A stretch of DNA of 64,000 nucleotides from Octopus vulgaris (GCA_951406725.2 OX597815.1:26474001-26538000); one strand, 5' to 3'; positions 42,705 to 56,040 are shown, counted from the first letter of the stretch. The notes: a model not told the origin generated them from the sequence alone. Made by a program: numbers and translations.

Positions 42705-42736
<32 letters not shown>

Positions 42737-43008
42737 CATACATACATACATACATACATACATTCATACATACATTCATATATGCATACAGGCTTGCATA
42801 CAAGCATACATACATATATACATACATACATACATACATACATGCATGCATACATGCATACATACATACATAAATACATACATACATACATACATACATA
42901 CATACATACATACATACATACATACATACATACATACATACATACATACATACATACATACATACATACATACATACATACATACATACATACATACATA
43001 CATACATA
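42378..43008. repeat. Long (TACA)n/(TGCA) tetranucleotide array
   Basis: About 630 bp of TACA with TGCA variants. Confidence 0.95.
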
Positions 43009-43560
43009 AGGTATAGTACAGATTTATGTTACAATATAATAACAATTACTTTCCTGAACAAATTTCTTATATATTTAGTGTTTCTGCATAACATACGTTG
43101 TCCTTAGTCTGAAAATTCCCTTTGCATTCCCTTCTATAGTTAACAATGTCTCACAGTCACCGCATCTTGTTTGGTTAATGAACTTTCGTGAAAACACCAT
43201 AATTTCCTTGCAAGTTTCCTTTACGAATGTAGAGAGAGAATCTTGTCTCCAACTACTCTGATATAATGACAGTTATAGAAATTTTGTGTTATTTCTGCTA
43301 CACTTTGAAACTCCTCATGAATTCTCTTGGATGGGTTAATGGATGGGGAATGCTGACTGATGGATAGAAAATTCAAACTCATCGACTGCTTAAGTTTTTT
43401 TGTTTTCCACACTAAATCTCTTTAGCTCAGCACTAAATACTATCTACATCATTTAACACATCATTTGGTATGTACCTGTACAACAAATTTGTGCTCTATG
43501 CACCACTGAGGACAATAACTATCACCATCCTAAATATTTCAATGTGCTCAGGTGTGTATA

Positions 43561-43933
43561 TCTCTCTATATATAAACTGCAAAATGCCTGTCTGTGTGTG
43601 TGTGTGTATCCTTTATACAAATCCACAACTTTTCAGTTAGAGCGCTCGCACTTTCTATGGTCATTCAAAACCGTCCAAGGGCGGTCGTGCACATCTTTAC
43701 ATTTCCCCAGTCACCCCGCAAAGCCATTAAAAAATCAATAGAAGTGACTTTTTGTGAATTTTCTATCCAAAACCCAATCAAAATGCCCGAAACTTGATAC
43801 GCCAATTGAATGCCAGCTAGCTGTATGTGATTGGTCGGAGATTTGGACAGTACTCGCGTGTATGTGCGCACTCACGCAGCTGTATATGCATGCACTAGCA
43901 CTATGACCCGGCGTTGCCGGGTCATCGTGCTAG
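43561..43933 (+). mobile_element. Non-autonomous Helitron
   Basis: Starts A|TCTCTCTATATATAAA, ends with the GC-rich hairpin TGACCCGGC-GTT-GCCGGGTCA and CTAG|T; inserted between A and T with no TSD. Confidence 0.88.
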
Positions 43934-44716
43934 TTTGCTATAAAATGACAAGATTTCTATGATTTATCCCAATGTTATAATTTAAATGAACATGATCTGA
44001 AAGCTGCTGAAATCAATTGTTAAGTTTCAGTTGTACTTTTACAGCTTTGCATTATTATTTACATTTTCTACTGTAACTTCAGTATTTAATTTTAGAGCAT
44101 TATAAAGTCAATTTTCACTGTCTGTTCTACATTACTACAAATATCCATATACGAATCTTATTCTGTTGTAATTCAGTCCATCGTTGTTTCGTTTAATTAG
44201 AATAAAACAGACGACTAGGTTAGTGTAACACTATTATAAATGGTTATATTGACGTGTACTCTGCTAGTTTAGTGTCGCATTTGATTATACTAAACGCAAG
44301 TGAAGAAAATCAAATCACAAACATCTATGCATACATGCATAGAAGAATGTACGCTATTTGAGTTATGGGTCAACTACGCACTTTCTGTTCCTGGTTGCAA
44401 ATATCTCACTTCATTATAGTTGTCAGTGCTCTTGGGGGAAAATTATAAACGTCATCACCTCCATTTTTTCTGCCTTCTACTTAAAGTAGTAGCGTTAACT
44501 ACTAGTTTATTGATAGTACTAATTACAAAAAGTCAACCAAGAACAACAGACATTTATAAATATTTCACACAGACGAAGTAACCAAGTAATTTATCAGGTT
44601 TTATGTATGTATTGACAAATGTTTTCACGTACTACTTACAGATGTTTTTAATCATTTAATCACGATATATATATATATACATGCATACATACATACATAC
44701 ATACATATATATATAT

Positions 44717-44789
<73 letters not shown>

Positions 44790-46368
44790 CATACATACAT
44801 ATATATATATATGTATATATATGCACATACACACACATACACAGATACATCCATATATATACAGAACCACATATATACGTATGTATGTGTGTGAGCGAGA
44901 GAGAGAGTGAGAGGAGACAGAGACGGACAGTCAAACAGACAGACAGAGAACACCTACATAAAATTGAATATTTGAATAGTTTAATTTTTTGTGTTACTTG
45001 TTTAACAAAACTAAATTGTGAGAGGAATGGGGGGTGAAATTTATGTTTCTTTTTTTTAATTTTTATACTTTTATTTATCTTATTTTTTTCGAAAAATCCA
45101 TCAAAACTCAACCATAACAGTCATTGTTTCAACGCACCTATCTATTATACCTTTCAGTTTTCCTGAATTCATCTGTCAATTCATCAAAGTTTTCTTTTAT
45201 TTTTCACTTTTCTTTATGTTTTTTCTCTTTGATTTTTTTTTTTTGTCTTTCTTTCCATTTCTTTCTTGTTCCTCGTCTTTTTCATTATTATTATTAAAGA
45301 GATTTTATAATAGTTGTGTTTTACATTTGTTGTTGTAACCATGACAAAGAAAGAGCGGTGAAATGAGATTTTTCTCTATTGGACATATAAGAAACGAAGA
45401 AAAGATAAATGCTTCTTTTTGTTGGTGTTACTATTGCTCTCGTTGTTATTGTTGTTGTTGTCGTTGACGTTGTCGTTGATCGATTCTCAACTGATGTGGT
45501 GGCTGCAGGCACCTATCATCTTCTCTGTCAGTTTTCGTTATTTATTTTCTCAGTTACTATTGTTTTGTCAATTTTCATGTACTTTTTTTTTTTGGTCTTT
45601 TCTTATAATTAACTACTTTAGTTAAATTTTTGCGATATTTAATTGCTTTTCATTTTAGGAACACTTCATTTTCAATTGTTTTTTTGAAATTATAGAACAG
45701 CCATTCTTATGTTTTACAGAATATAACACATTCTCGTGATACTTATTTCGTTTTTTCATTTGATCTTAACCTCTTGTTTCCTTAGTAATATTATATACTG
45801 ACAGATTACTTTTACAGTATTATTTCCAATCTGCATTGAAAATTTAAAATTATTTGTTCAGAGAAAAGCAAAGCACCCAAGTTCTTTACAAGCTTTCCTA
45901 GATTGAGCAGAGCAATGCAGTTGATGCATTGATTACAATCTGTGTCACTCTTATGACTCTAAGAAAAACGAGAGAAAAGAATAAATTCGGTGCGGCTGAA
46001 GCTCTAGGAAAGTATGATGAGGTAAAATGTTTAATATGATGTCTGAGAGATGAGAAGTAAATACATCAAGTTGATTTCCGTAGAGATGGAATGCTGGTTA
46101 ATAGTTCAGAACAACAGAACCTACAGAAGTAGTGGCAGAAAATACATAGAAAAGAAACAGCGTGTCAGTTGTTGTAGTGTGGTTGTAGTAGTGGTTGTTG
46201 AGTGTTGCTAAGTTTTTTCCAGTTAAGCTAAAGCAATTTGAGTTAAGTACTTTACGCTACAGAATATTCCCTGTCTAGATATGGTATAGTATGGATGATG
46301 TTATAGTATGGATAAGTTAAAGAAATATTTTTAATCGAGAGCACAAAAAAGTCATTTAACGAATTCAC

Positions 46369-46862
46369 GGATCTTTTCGATTCGAACGGCAGTTTTTAAC
46401 ATAATTTCTAGGTAACTAAAAAATTTTAAACTTCGTATACTGGTAGAATGTGTTTATAAAACATCTTTTTCTCTTGGCTTTATTGAGAAAATTCTATAGT
46501 TTTTAAGATATTTGTTGTTTTTTTCTTCAATTTCTGCAATTTCAACCAATCAGTGATGTCTATTGAGTTAAAAAGCATTCTGTGCCGTATGAATATGTCC
46601 CTCGTTTAAGAAACAGATTGGATTTATTTACATTTGTGAAGAAAAAAAAGATACCCTTCTCCCACCCCTAACCCTAACCCTAACCCTAACTAACCCTGAC
46701 TAACCCTAACTAGCCCTAACCCTAACTAATACTGACTAACCCTAACTAGCCCTAACCCTAAAATAGATTGAAATGCAATAGATCGATTCTAGGGTCATAA
46801 TTATGGGTGACAATTTCATATGACACCGCTAGAAAAAACTGCCGTTCAAACCGAAAAGATCC
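46369..46862. mobile_element. 494-bp MITE with 29-bp TIRs, 8-bp TSD and internal telomeric repeats
   Basis: Left TIR GGATCTTTTCGATTCGAACGGCAGTTTTT and right TIR AAAAACTGCCGTTCAAACCGAAAAGATCC differ at 2 positions. GAATTCAC is duplicated at 46361-46368 and 46863-46870. A (CCCTAA)n-like block lies at 46666-46761. Confidence 0.93.
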
Positions 46863-48421
46863 GAATTCACTTTATCGTGATTCATTTTAACATGTCAAAA
46901 GCTTTTTCGTATGCGACAGAAAAGAAATGTTTAGTTGAATGATTCACTCAATACAATATGATTAGTTATTGTTTTATTGCTAAGACATTTGAAAGCTCAA
47001 CCCAGGTAGAAATTTTAATGTTGACCTCTGAATTTCTGCTCCTGTTCCTATTTTTTCTTCTGCTTCAGCATTTCTCCACTTCTCAATCAGCTTGTTCTTT
47101 GAGGTAAAGAGATTTTGCTAAAAAAGTTTTTCTGGCGTAAACATGAAGAACCAATTTTCTTTGATAACTGCCGTCTTAAGAAAGACATGTTCTACAGTGT
47201 GGACCTGAGTTTCTTGCCCGTAAAAAATAAATGGGAAGGTCATGGATTGAATGTTCTTATTCATAAAACTGCTCCATCATGGTTGACCAGGTGCTAAGCA
47301 ACATCAGCAACAACAAATATTTGTGTATAAACTAGATGGATGAATAGCTAACATATTGATGTACCGGCTCATGGGTCGCAAATCCATATCCATTAAACTG
47401 TTCTATTGTGCCTCATTTCACATAAGTGTGGTGTATAACAGCATGATCTGGATATGCTTTTTTTCTAATGTAGTCACCCAGGCAAAATCTCAGCTCTCAA
47501 CCTCTGAAAATCAATAAGTATTAATATAAGTATAGGTTTATACTTATATGTGTCTCTTAAAAGAATAATAAACTCGTGTAATAATTGTATGTATTTTGTG
47601 CTTGTGTTTGCTTCTCTTTATGTATGTTTGTGTCTGTGTATCGATAATGCCAAAAGATATTTCCATACTCAGGAAATAATATGAATAACGAATAATTTTT
47701 AGTCCCCCAAAACTTCTCGTTGATACTCTGAGAGGCCTCATCAGTAATGTTTCTTGGGCATTCAGGCCTTTCAACATCAAACACGCTCGCCCAGTTGACG
47801 TAACCAGAATTGATCAAGCTACAGCTTGCATACTAGTAACAATAAACTACTAGTCTGCTTTCTTTGCCCAAAATAGTAACCTTTCCAGAGGGTTCTGTGA
47901 TTAAATGTATGATCCCCCTCTTTGCTACACCAGTAACTCCGGTGAATGATTTAATTTTGTGAAAAAGATTTTAAAACACCTTAGCTTGCTTAATTGAGGA
48001 ATATTGAGAGACATTTATGTGCTAATTTTCAGAGAAAATCAAAACTAAAGACTTGGATTAATTACAGGCATGTGTTAAATAATAACTGCAACCATTGTAA
48101 ATAAATGGAAGGGATTGCAAAATTACAGCAAACTCAGTGGTAGGCTTGTTGTGTGGTTAGGTTTTAATGTGAATACAAGATTAATTATTTGACAAGTTTA
48201 AGAATTGGCTATGAATAGCAGTGTAATCGGCAATGAATAGAGAGAAGGATGATATACATATAATTTTCTGTATGTCTATATATGTTACTGTATATTATAA
48301 ATTTTCATTGTATCCATTGCCAAGATATATGTAAGATATGAGCAAATATACAGCATATACACACAGCACATATATGAACTCCATATATTTGTGTATGTAT
48401 GTGCATGTAACATACATACAA

Positions 48422-48592
48422 GGCGCAGGAGTGGCTGTGTGGTAAGTAGCTTGCTTACCAACCACATGGTTCCGGGTTCAGTCCCACTGCGTGGCACTTT
48501 GGGCAAGTGTCTGCTGCTATAGCCCAGGGCCGACCAATGCCTTGTGAGTGGATTTGGCAGACAGAAACTGAAAGAAGCCTGTCGTATATATG

Positions 48593-48623
<31 letters not shown>

Positions 48624-48830
48624 ATGTGTTTGTGTGTCTGTGTTTGTCCCCCCAACATTGCTTGACAACCGATGCTGGTGTGTTTATGTCCCCGTCACTT
48701 AGCAGTTCGGCAAAAGAGACCGATAGAATAAGTACTGGGCTTACAAAGAATAAGTCCCGGGGTCGATTTGCTCGACTAAAGGCGGTGCTCCAGCATGGCC
48801 GCAGTCAAATGACTGAAACAAGTAAAAGAG
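48422..48830 (+). mobile_element. SINE family B, full length
   Basis: tRNA-like head GGCGCAGGAGTGGCTGTGTGGTAAG...GGTTCAGTCCC, internal (TA)n(TG)n, and tail GGCGGTGCTCCAGCATGGCCGCAGTCAAATGACTGAAACAAGTAAAAG. Confidence 0.93.
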
Positions 48831-49647
48831 AAAGAGAAATACATACATATATACATATATGTATAATTTAAAAAAATAGAAGATACATACATAATACATA
48901 CATACATCTGTGTATATCTATGTAATTTTCAATTTATTTACGATATATTTTCGCTTGCCTAAAATATTAAATGTAATATTGAAACAAAATCAAAATATTA
49001 AGAAAGAAGAAAGATGTTAAACCAAAATGACTTTAAAGTCTTTAACATGGAAAATCCAGTGACCTGACATATTACGTGGCACTACAAGCTGTCATACAAC
49101 TTTGCAAACATCAGTTTTGCATAGAGATGACACTAACTTTCTCTCGATCCATCTTGCAATATACCGCGCATTTAATCAATCAACTCTTTCCAGTCTCTTA
49201 TACAGATTTACATTAGCGAATGACGTTTATATTGTTCTTTTTTCTCTTTCTCCTGTAAACTACATTTATAGCCATTGTCTACACAACTACATTTAACAGG
49301 CTCGATTTAAAGAGATACGCACATACAGATAAAAACATGCAAGTACCAACCCGCACAAATACGCGCGCGCAAACACAAACATACACATATAAAACATAAA
49401 AACATATATATATATATATATATAATTATAAATTAGGGTATCTACGAGATACCACCATGCTGAAAATAGCAGCCATGAACTGACTCTAAAACCACCTATA
49501 ATTTTAATAATTATTACATTTGAAGGTTATTTTTTCAATGCTGACCACTTGATAAGTTCGTTATTTTATTTTAAATTAACGATCTTATCCTTATTTATAT
49601 ACACATACACACATATATATATATACATATACATATACATACATACA

Positions 49648-49679
<32 letters not shown>

Positions 49680-49703
49680 CATATATGTATGTATGTATGT
49701 ATG

Positions 49704-49888
<185 letters not shown>

Positions 49889-50419
49889 ATGTGACCCTGG
49901 GTTTACGAGTTTTACTTTTCAAGCTCAAGATCCACATTTTGGACGAAGTACAAAAGTTTCTACTACCATAACAAATGTTTCTGCATGCTACCGAGAAATT
50001 TATAGAGAGCGAAAAACAGCTTCTTCTAAGCAAACAACTCTAGATTTGATTTTTTTAAAAAGAAATCTACAAGTCCGTCTACGAGTGCTTGTAAATCGGC
50101 GATCGCGTCTACAAGTGATGGAGTGCGCGAATCTAGTGCGTGTGAAAGGGATTCAGAAAACGATGATAATAATGACATTTTTTAATTATAAATGGCCTTG
50201 ACATTCTTGTTACTTTAAATAAAATATGCTTTACATTCTACTATTGTTTTCTTGTCATTTATTTACGATTATTATAAATTTTATCGATAAAATATTTTCC
50301 TGGGAAGGAATTACGATTTATTACATCGCTAGTATAGAAATTTATTGCTTTACTTCACGAGTATTCGCTTTACGAGTGGTATCCGGGAAGAAATTAACTC
50401 GTATAGCGAGGCATTACTG

Positions 50420-50481
<62 letters not shown>

Positions 50482-50768
50482 ATGAAAGAAAGAGTGGGGA
50501 GAGAGAAGAGATGGTCACTCCAAGTGCTGGAAATAGGAGCCTTTCAATTATAATGTATTAAAGAATACACTATATTTGTTTTGAGCCTTGTAATTTATCG
50601 CTGCAGGTGAACCAACAGAGATAAATGTATGTATGTATGTATGTATGTATGTATGTATGTATGTATGTATGCATGTATGCATGTATGTATGTATGTATGT
50701 ATGTATGTATGTATGCATGTATGTATGTATGTATTCATGTATACAGAACATATAAAATGCACAAAGAC

Positions 50769-50856
<88 letters not shown>

Positions 50857-51280
50857 GGATAGAAAGGTGTATTGATAGAAACGTTAGCATATCGGATCGG
50901 CTGCTTCGCGGTAATTGTTCCCAAGCTCTAAACTCTGGCTTCAAAGCCTGCGGAGATAACCATGTTTTCGATATTTTTAGATGAATGGAAATTGGAATGG
51001 TTGTTGGAGAGTGGAGGAAGATGTCTTGTAGTATATGACCCTTGTCTTTGTCTTCTGGCAATAACACTTGTGATGATGCTTATAACGCTACAAGGTCTTT
51101 CCCTTGGATAACATTGGTGACATGGAGAGGCAAGACTCAGCTTGCATGAACAACTGCCATTCTACGACAAGAAAAGAAACTAATTCAGACCTACGCATAC
51201 AGATGCAAAGTCAATCTTAATCGACATAATAATCTCTTCTCCTTCCCTCTCCCTCTAACTCTCTCTCTCTCTCTCCTCCT

Positions 51281-51317
<37 letters not shown>

Positions 51318-51319
51318 GT

Positions 51320-51490
51320 CAAATTAAACCGTTAAGAATAACAAACAAGAAGACTTGCACATGGAATGTATTAGATTGACGCTCAATAAAAAGAGAGGGC
51401 TTTCGACGTTTCGAGCATAGCTCTTCGTCGGAAAGGAAAAAAGGGAAAAGGGAAGAGTCCAAAGAAGGTAAAAAAACAAACAAATCACGT
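51320..51490 (-). mobile_element. Penelope-like terminal fragment with a minimal hammerhead-like motif (51400-51435)
   Basis: Minus strand reads CTTT-CCGACGA-A-GAGC-TAT-GCTC-GAAACGTC-GAAAG; the fragment abuts (TA)n. Confidence 0.6.
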
Positions 51491-51545
51491 GTGTAAATAC
51501 ATTGCTATGAGAGAGAGGGAGAGATCGACAGACAGACAGACAGAC

Positions 51546-51576
<31 letters not shown>

Positions 51577-51609
51577 TAGACAGACAGATAGACAGACAGA
51601 CAGACAGAC

Positions 51610-51662
<53 letters not shown>

Positions 51663-51709
51663 TAAATAGATAGATACATACATACATACATACATACATA
51701 CATACATAC

Positions 51710-51805
<96 letters not shown>

Positions 51806-52605
51806 GTACACACGCATGCACGAAAACATATGAACTGTAGCAGGGATAGTCCAAAACAGTTTGAAGAATGGAGGTGAGGTGTAAGAGTCGGAGATGACGC
51901 ATCAGCGTGTGCGGGTTCCTCTTAATGTCAACACTAATTAAAAGAAGCAATGTTAATGTCTGTCTCCCGCACTCCTTCTTTCCTTCGCCCTCTCTATCTC
52001 CGTCTCATTCTATTTCCCTATATTTCTTGTCGCTTGCACTCGTTCTCGCCTAACCCATTTCCCTCTATCCCTGTTTATTATTTTTTTTTCTCTCCCTACG
52101 TAATCTATCTAACCAACAAGACATAGCGGGAAGTGGGGGACACAGTAATGAATTAGTGACCATTATTGAAAGATGTTGGCCAGCCACTGTGGGGAAAAAC
52201 AAAAACAAAAGAAAAACGAAAAGAAAACTAGGAGCACATACAAAATGTAAGAAGCCAGCGGGAGCTGATGAGAAGTATTTTTGATTAAAGCTGCGCCGTT
52301 GTAAAATGACGGATCGCATTTTTCTGGTTTGACATTCAGTGTAAATGAAAAGTTTAAGCTTGTCAAAAAAAAAAAAAAAAGCAACATTAAAACCGAAACA
52401 AAACACCTATAATAAATTTTTAATTCCGCTATAAAGATGCTTCTTGGTCACAGTAAAAATATTGTGCAGGTATTAGTCAATAATTATGGACAATTCCAAT
52501 ATTAGAAAACGCTTGACATATTTATAAGCCCGTGTTACATTTCACGTGTATGTAAAATATACAAGCGCACGATTCCTTTCAACCACTTCACATTTCATAT
52601 ATGTG

Positions 52606-52678
<73 letters not shown>

Positions 52679-52740
52679 GTGTGTGTGTGTATACATATAT
52701 ATATGTGTGTATGTGTGCGTGTGTTTGTGTGTGTGTGTAT

Positions 52741-53030
52741 GAAGGCGCATGGCTTAGTAGTTAGGGCAATCTTAAGGTCGTGAGTTCAATTCCCGGCGAC
52801 GCGTTGTGTCCTTGAGCATGACACTTTATTTCATGTTGCTCCAGTTCACTCAGCTGGCAAAAGGCCAGTCTTGTTACACTCTGTATCACGCTGAATCTCC
52901 CTGAGAACTACGTTAAGGGTACGCGCGTCTATGGAATGCTCAGTCACTTGCACATTAATTTCACGAGCAGGCTGTTCTGTTGATCGTATCAGCTGGGACC
53001 CTCCTCGTCGTAACCGACAGAGTGCTCCCA
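52741..53030 (+). mobile_element. SINE family C head with a different tail
   Basis: The head GGCGCATGGCTTAGTAGTTAGGG...GTTCAATTCCCGGCGACGCGTTGTGTCCTTGAGC...CACTCAGCTGGCAAAA is shared with the 27383-27628 copy; the tail ends ACCCTCCTCGTCGTAACCGACAGAGTGC. Confidence 0.85.
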
Positions 53031-53036
53031 TGTATA

Positions 53037-53103
<67 letters not shown>

Positions 53104-53104
<1 letters not shown>

Positions 53105-55790
53105 TGTTTCTTTATTAGCCACACAGGGCTGCACACAGATAGAACAAATTACAAGGTAGAGCTTTTCTTTTGAAGGTTTAAAAAAAAAAAAAAATAAATA
53201 ATAATAATAAAATAAAAAATAAAATAAAATAAAAAAGGGGGGGTCGATCAAAAGGGATCGTAAAAGGAGAGAAAGAGGATAAAAAAAGGGGTTAAAAAAA
53301 GGGGGAGGAAAAAAAATTGATCAATAGGGATCGTTATCACAGAAATGTCAATATGAAGTGTAAAGGGGAGGACAGGTGAGGTTTACCCGTGGAAAGAAAA
53401 GCCTACGGAAAAGACCATGGTAACCTCGGTCAATGAAGCCACATGTTATATTTCTTTTTTTTTTTTTGCAAATAAGCAACTCTCTGTATTAATTTTTACG
53501 GTTCATAGAATCATAGTCAAGGTGGCTTCGTCATTCATACGTGCCATCCTTGCTACATTCACCCATCTTTTTTTAAAACATTCACTAGACAAAACTTGCC
53601 TCTCTACTCTCACTTTTTTCTTCAAGTGATACTTGAAGAAATTGACCAGAGGAGATTGACCAGAGAGGAAAGTGTTTGTCTCTAATCCTTTCAGACGCGT
53701 CCACCAGATACATTCTTTCGCCATAGCCACAAGTATGATAAAAATAGCTCTTCCTTCCCGTTTGAAGGAAGGAGGCGTGACGATATTAACGATAGACTCG
53801 GCGGATAAACCGACACGTCCCACACGTGACAGCAGTCGTTCGACATAAGCCCACAGGTGGGAAATTGCTGGACACTGCACGATTGCGTGCAGAGCGGTTT
53901 CGTCGCTCTGCCCGCATCTCGGGCAGGTCGGCCCCGTGTTTCTCGAGCCATGCCTATAGAGCTTATCCCGAACGGGTAGCGCTTCTCTGTAGCACCGCCA
54001 GGCCAGGGATCTCTGGAAGTTGTTCCATAGGTCCCGGGCCGAAAGTCGTTTGAAACAGGCGGGTCAGGTATTCCTCGTCGACGCCCAGGTTTGCCCCGAG
54101 CTCGTCGTCGTACCTCCCCTCCACTAATCCCCTATAGAATGCTTTGGTTGTGTTGAAGTCACTCAAGGTCGACCCGGGACGGCAGAGTTGCTTGAGAGCA
54201 ACGCGACACTCGCGGTGCCATTCGCCCTTCTTCGGCCTCTTTTTGATCCACGACTGTAGTTCGGTCATGGAGACGAGTTGCGGGAATGCGTGCCTCACAA
54301 ACGGCGACCACACCTGTTCACCGTCGTCTACATAGAGCCGGAGCTGTCGCAGTCTCAGCGCGTGTCTGCGCATCATCAACCACGGCATGCCCAGCCCTCC
54401 TTTTAACGGGTGTTGACAGCAAATGGATCGCCTGACCATCGGGACGCATCCTTTCCACAAGAAGCGGAAGAGGATGCGTTCTAGTTTGGTGATGGTAGGG
54501 TCGGGACAAGGTACGACGGTCAGGCGGTAGTAGATGATGGACGCGATGTACGCGTTCACCACCTCCGCCCGACCTTTTAGGGACAGTTTCCTCTCGGCCC
54601 ATTGCTGGGCGAGAGTGACCACCCTACTCGTTATCTCGTTCCAGTTCTTCTCCATTTGGAGGTCCGGACCGAACCAGACCCCGAGCAACTCAACCGGGCC
54701 GTCTGTCCAGCGTCCCACGACGGAGGTACTGGTGGACGGCATGGGCTTGCTTCTCCAGGTGCCGAGCCGCAAGCCCACTAACTTTTCCCGGTTGATTTTT
54801 GCTCCTGTCACCGCTTCGTAGTCTTTCAGTGTCTCGCCGACCCGCTCGATGTGCTCGTGGCTTGACACTATGACGGTGACGTCGTCCGCGTATGCAGACA
54901 CGCTTGTCCCGCATCCTAATTCTCGCGGGATGCCCCTCAGAGTCGCCAGCTTCCGCAGCAGTGGCTCAAGAGTCAATACGTATAGAAGCGCCGAGAGGGG
55001 GCATCCCTGACGGACCGAACGTGCAATGTCGAAGGGTCTCGATAGATGTCCATTTACGCGAATTACCGAACGGATGCCCCTGTACAAGGCAGCTATCCAG
55101 CCGCGGAAGACGGGACCGAAACCAGCCGCTCTCAGGACTGCCTCCAAGTATCGATGGTCTACCCTATCAAAGGCTTTCGATTGATCCAAGTTGATCAGGG
55201 CCCCACCCATGTCAGGTTCGTTAACTACCCTGTCTATGATGTAGCGCATCAGATGGAGGTTGTCATGGATGCTCCGGCCCGGCACGGCGCACGTTTGTGC
55301 GTTGTCGACCAGTTTCTCCATGACAAGCGCCAACCTCTTGGCTAACACCTTTGTCAAAATGTTCAGGTCTGCATTGAGCAGAGTGATTGGCCTAAAGTTA
55401 TCTATAATGTTTCCCTTGTTTGGATCTTTCTTCAGCAGAGTTACAGCTCCTCGACTCACAAAACCGGGTATGCTCCCGTTTTGCTGCCAGTTGCAGTATA
55501 CCGCTGCCAAGACGTCTCCAAACAAGTCTGGCATACAATAGTAAAATTCGTAGGGTAGACCATCTAAACCCGGTGATTTGTCTCTCGAGCATTCTGCCAT
55601 CGCTTCCCGCACTTCCGTGTGGTGGAGGCGCAATGGCCCAGCGGCTAGAGCAGCGGACTCGCGGTCGGAGGATCGCAGTTTCGATTCCCAGAAACCTAAA
55701 TTTCCACGAGGCTACGGCAGGGGGTGGTGGCATCCCCTGTTGTACTCTTTCGCCCCAACTTTGTCTCACTCTTTCTTCCTGTTTCTGAAT
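53104..55790 (-). mobile_element. 5'-truncated Tx1/L1-clade LINE (reverse transcriptase, CCHC finger, 3' UTR)
   Basis: GC-rich 2.7-kb block containing an RT ORF, a C-terminal domain, and a 3' UTR ending GGCTAATAAAGAAAC then (TATC)n/(TA)n. Confidence 0.93.
53503..55633 (-). pseudogene. LINE ORF2 reverse transcriptase region with one frameshift near 54023
   Basis: Motifs KSPGLDGLPYEFY, NFRPITLLNAD, LDQSKAFDRVDH, VRQGCPLS and YADD. Removing one base near 54023 continues the frame as DNFQRSLAWRCYREALPVRDKL...CPRCGQSDETALHAIVQC (CCHC) to the stop at 53503. Confidence 0.92.
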
Positions 55791-55791
55791 A

Positions 55792-55896
55792 ACGCTGCGA
55801 TGTACTGGCGTCCCGTCCAGCTGGGGGGGAACACATACGTCATAGAAACCGGGAAACCGGGCCCATGAGCCTGGCTAGGCTTGAAAAGGGCGCATA
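55792..55896 (+). mobile_element. SINE family C 3' half abutting the LINE 5' truncation point
   Basis: CTGCGATGTACTGGCGTCC...GAAACCGGGAAACCGGGCCCATGAGCCTGGCTAGGCTTGAAAAGGGCGCA is the reverse complement of 27383-27480. Confidence 0.88.
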
Positions 55897-55917
55897 AAAA
55901 AATAAAATATATATACA

Positions 55918-56040
<123 letters not shown>

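Noticed and set aside
42272-43045. ORFs of 150-240 aa (MYVC/HTYI repeats)
   Set aside because: Translations of (TACA)n.
45650-47300. Possible hAT transposase fossil around the MITE (FFEIIEQ and AVDAL on +; SVKYLTQIALA and STWVELSNVL on -)
   Set aside because: The hints are short, degenerate and on opposite strands; a translated HMM search is needed.
47950-48160. Possible Tc1 N-terminal remnant (TIVNKWK...SGR)
   Set aside because: Too short and degenerate, and no TIRs were identified.
52260-52300. CTGATGA hammerhead-like core box
   Set aside because: No correctly placed helix II, GAAA box or helix I.
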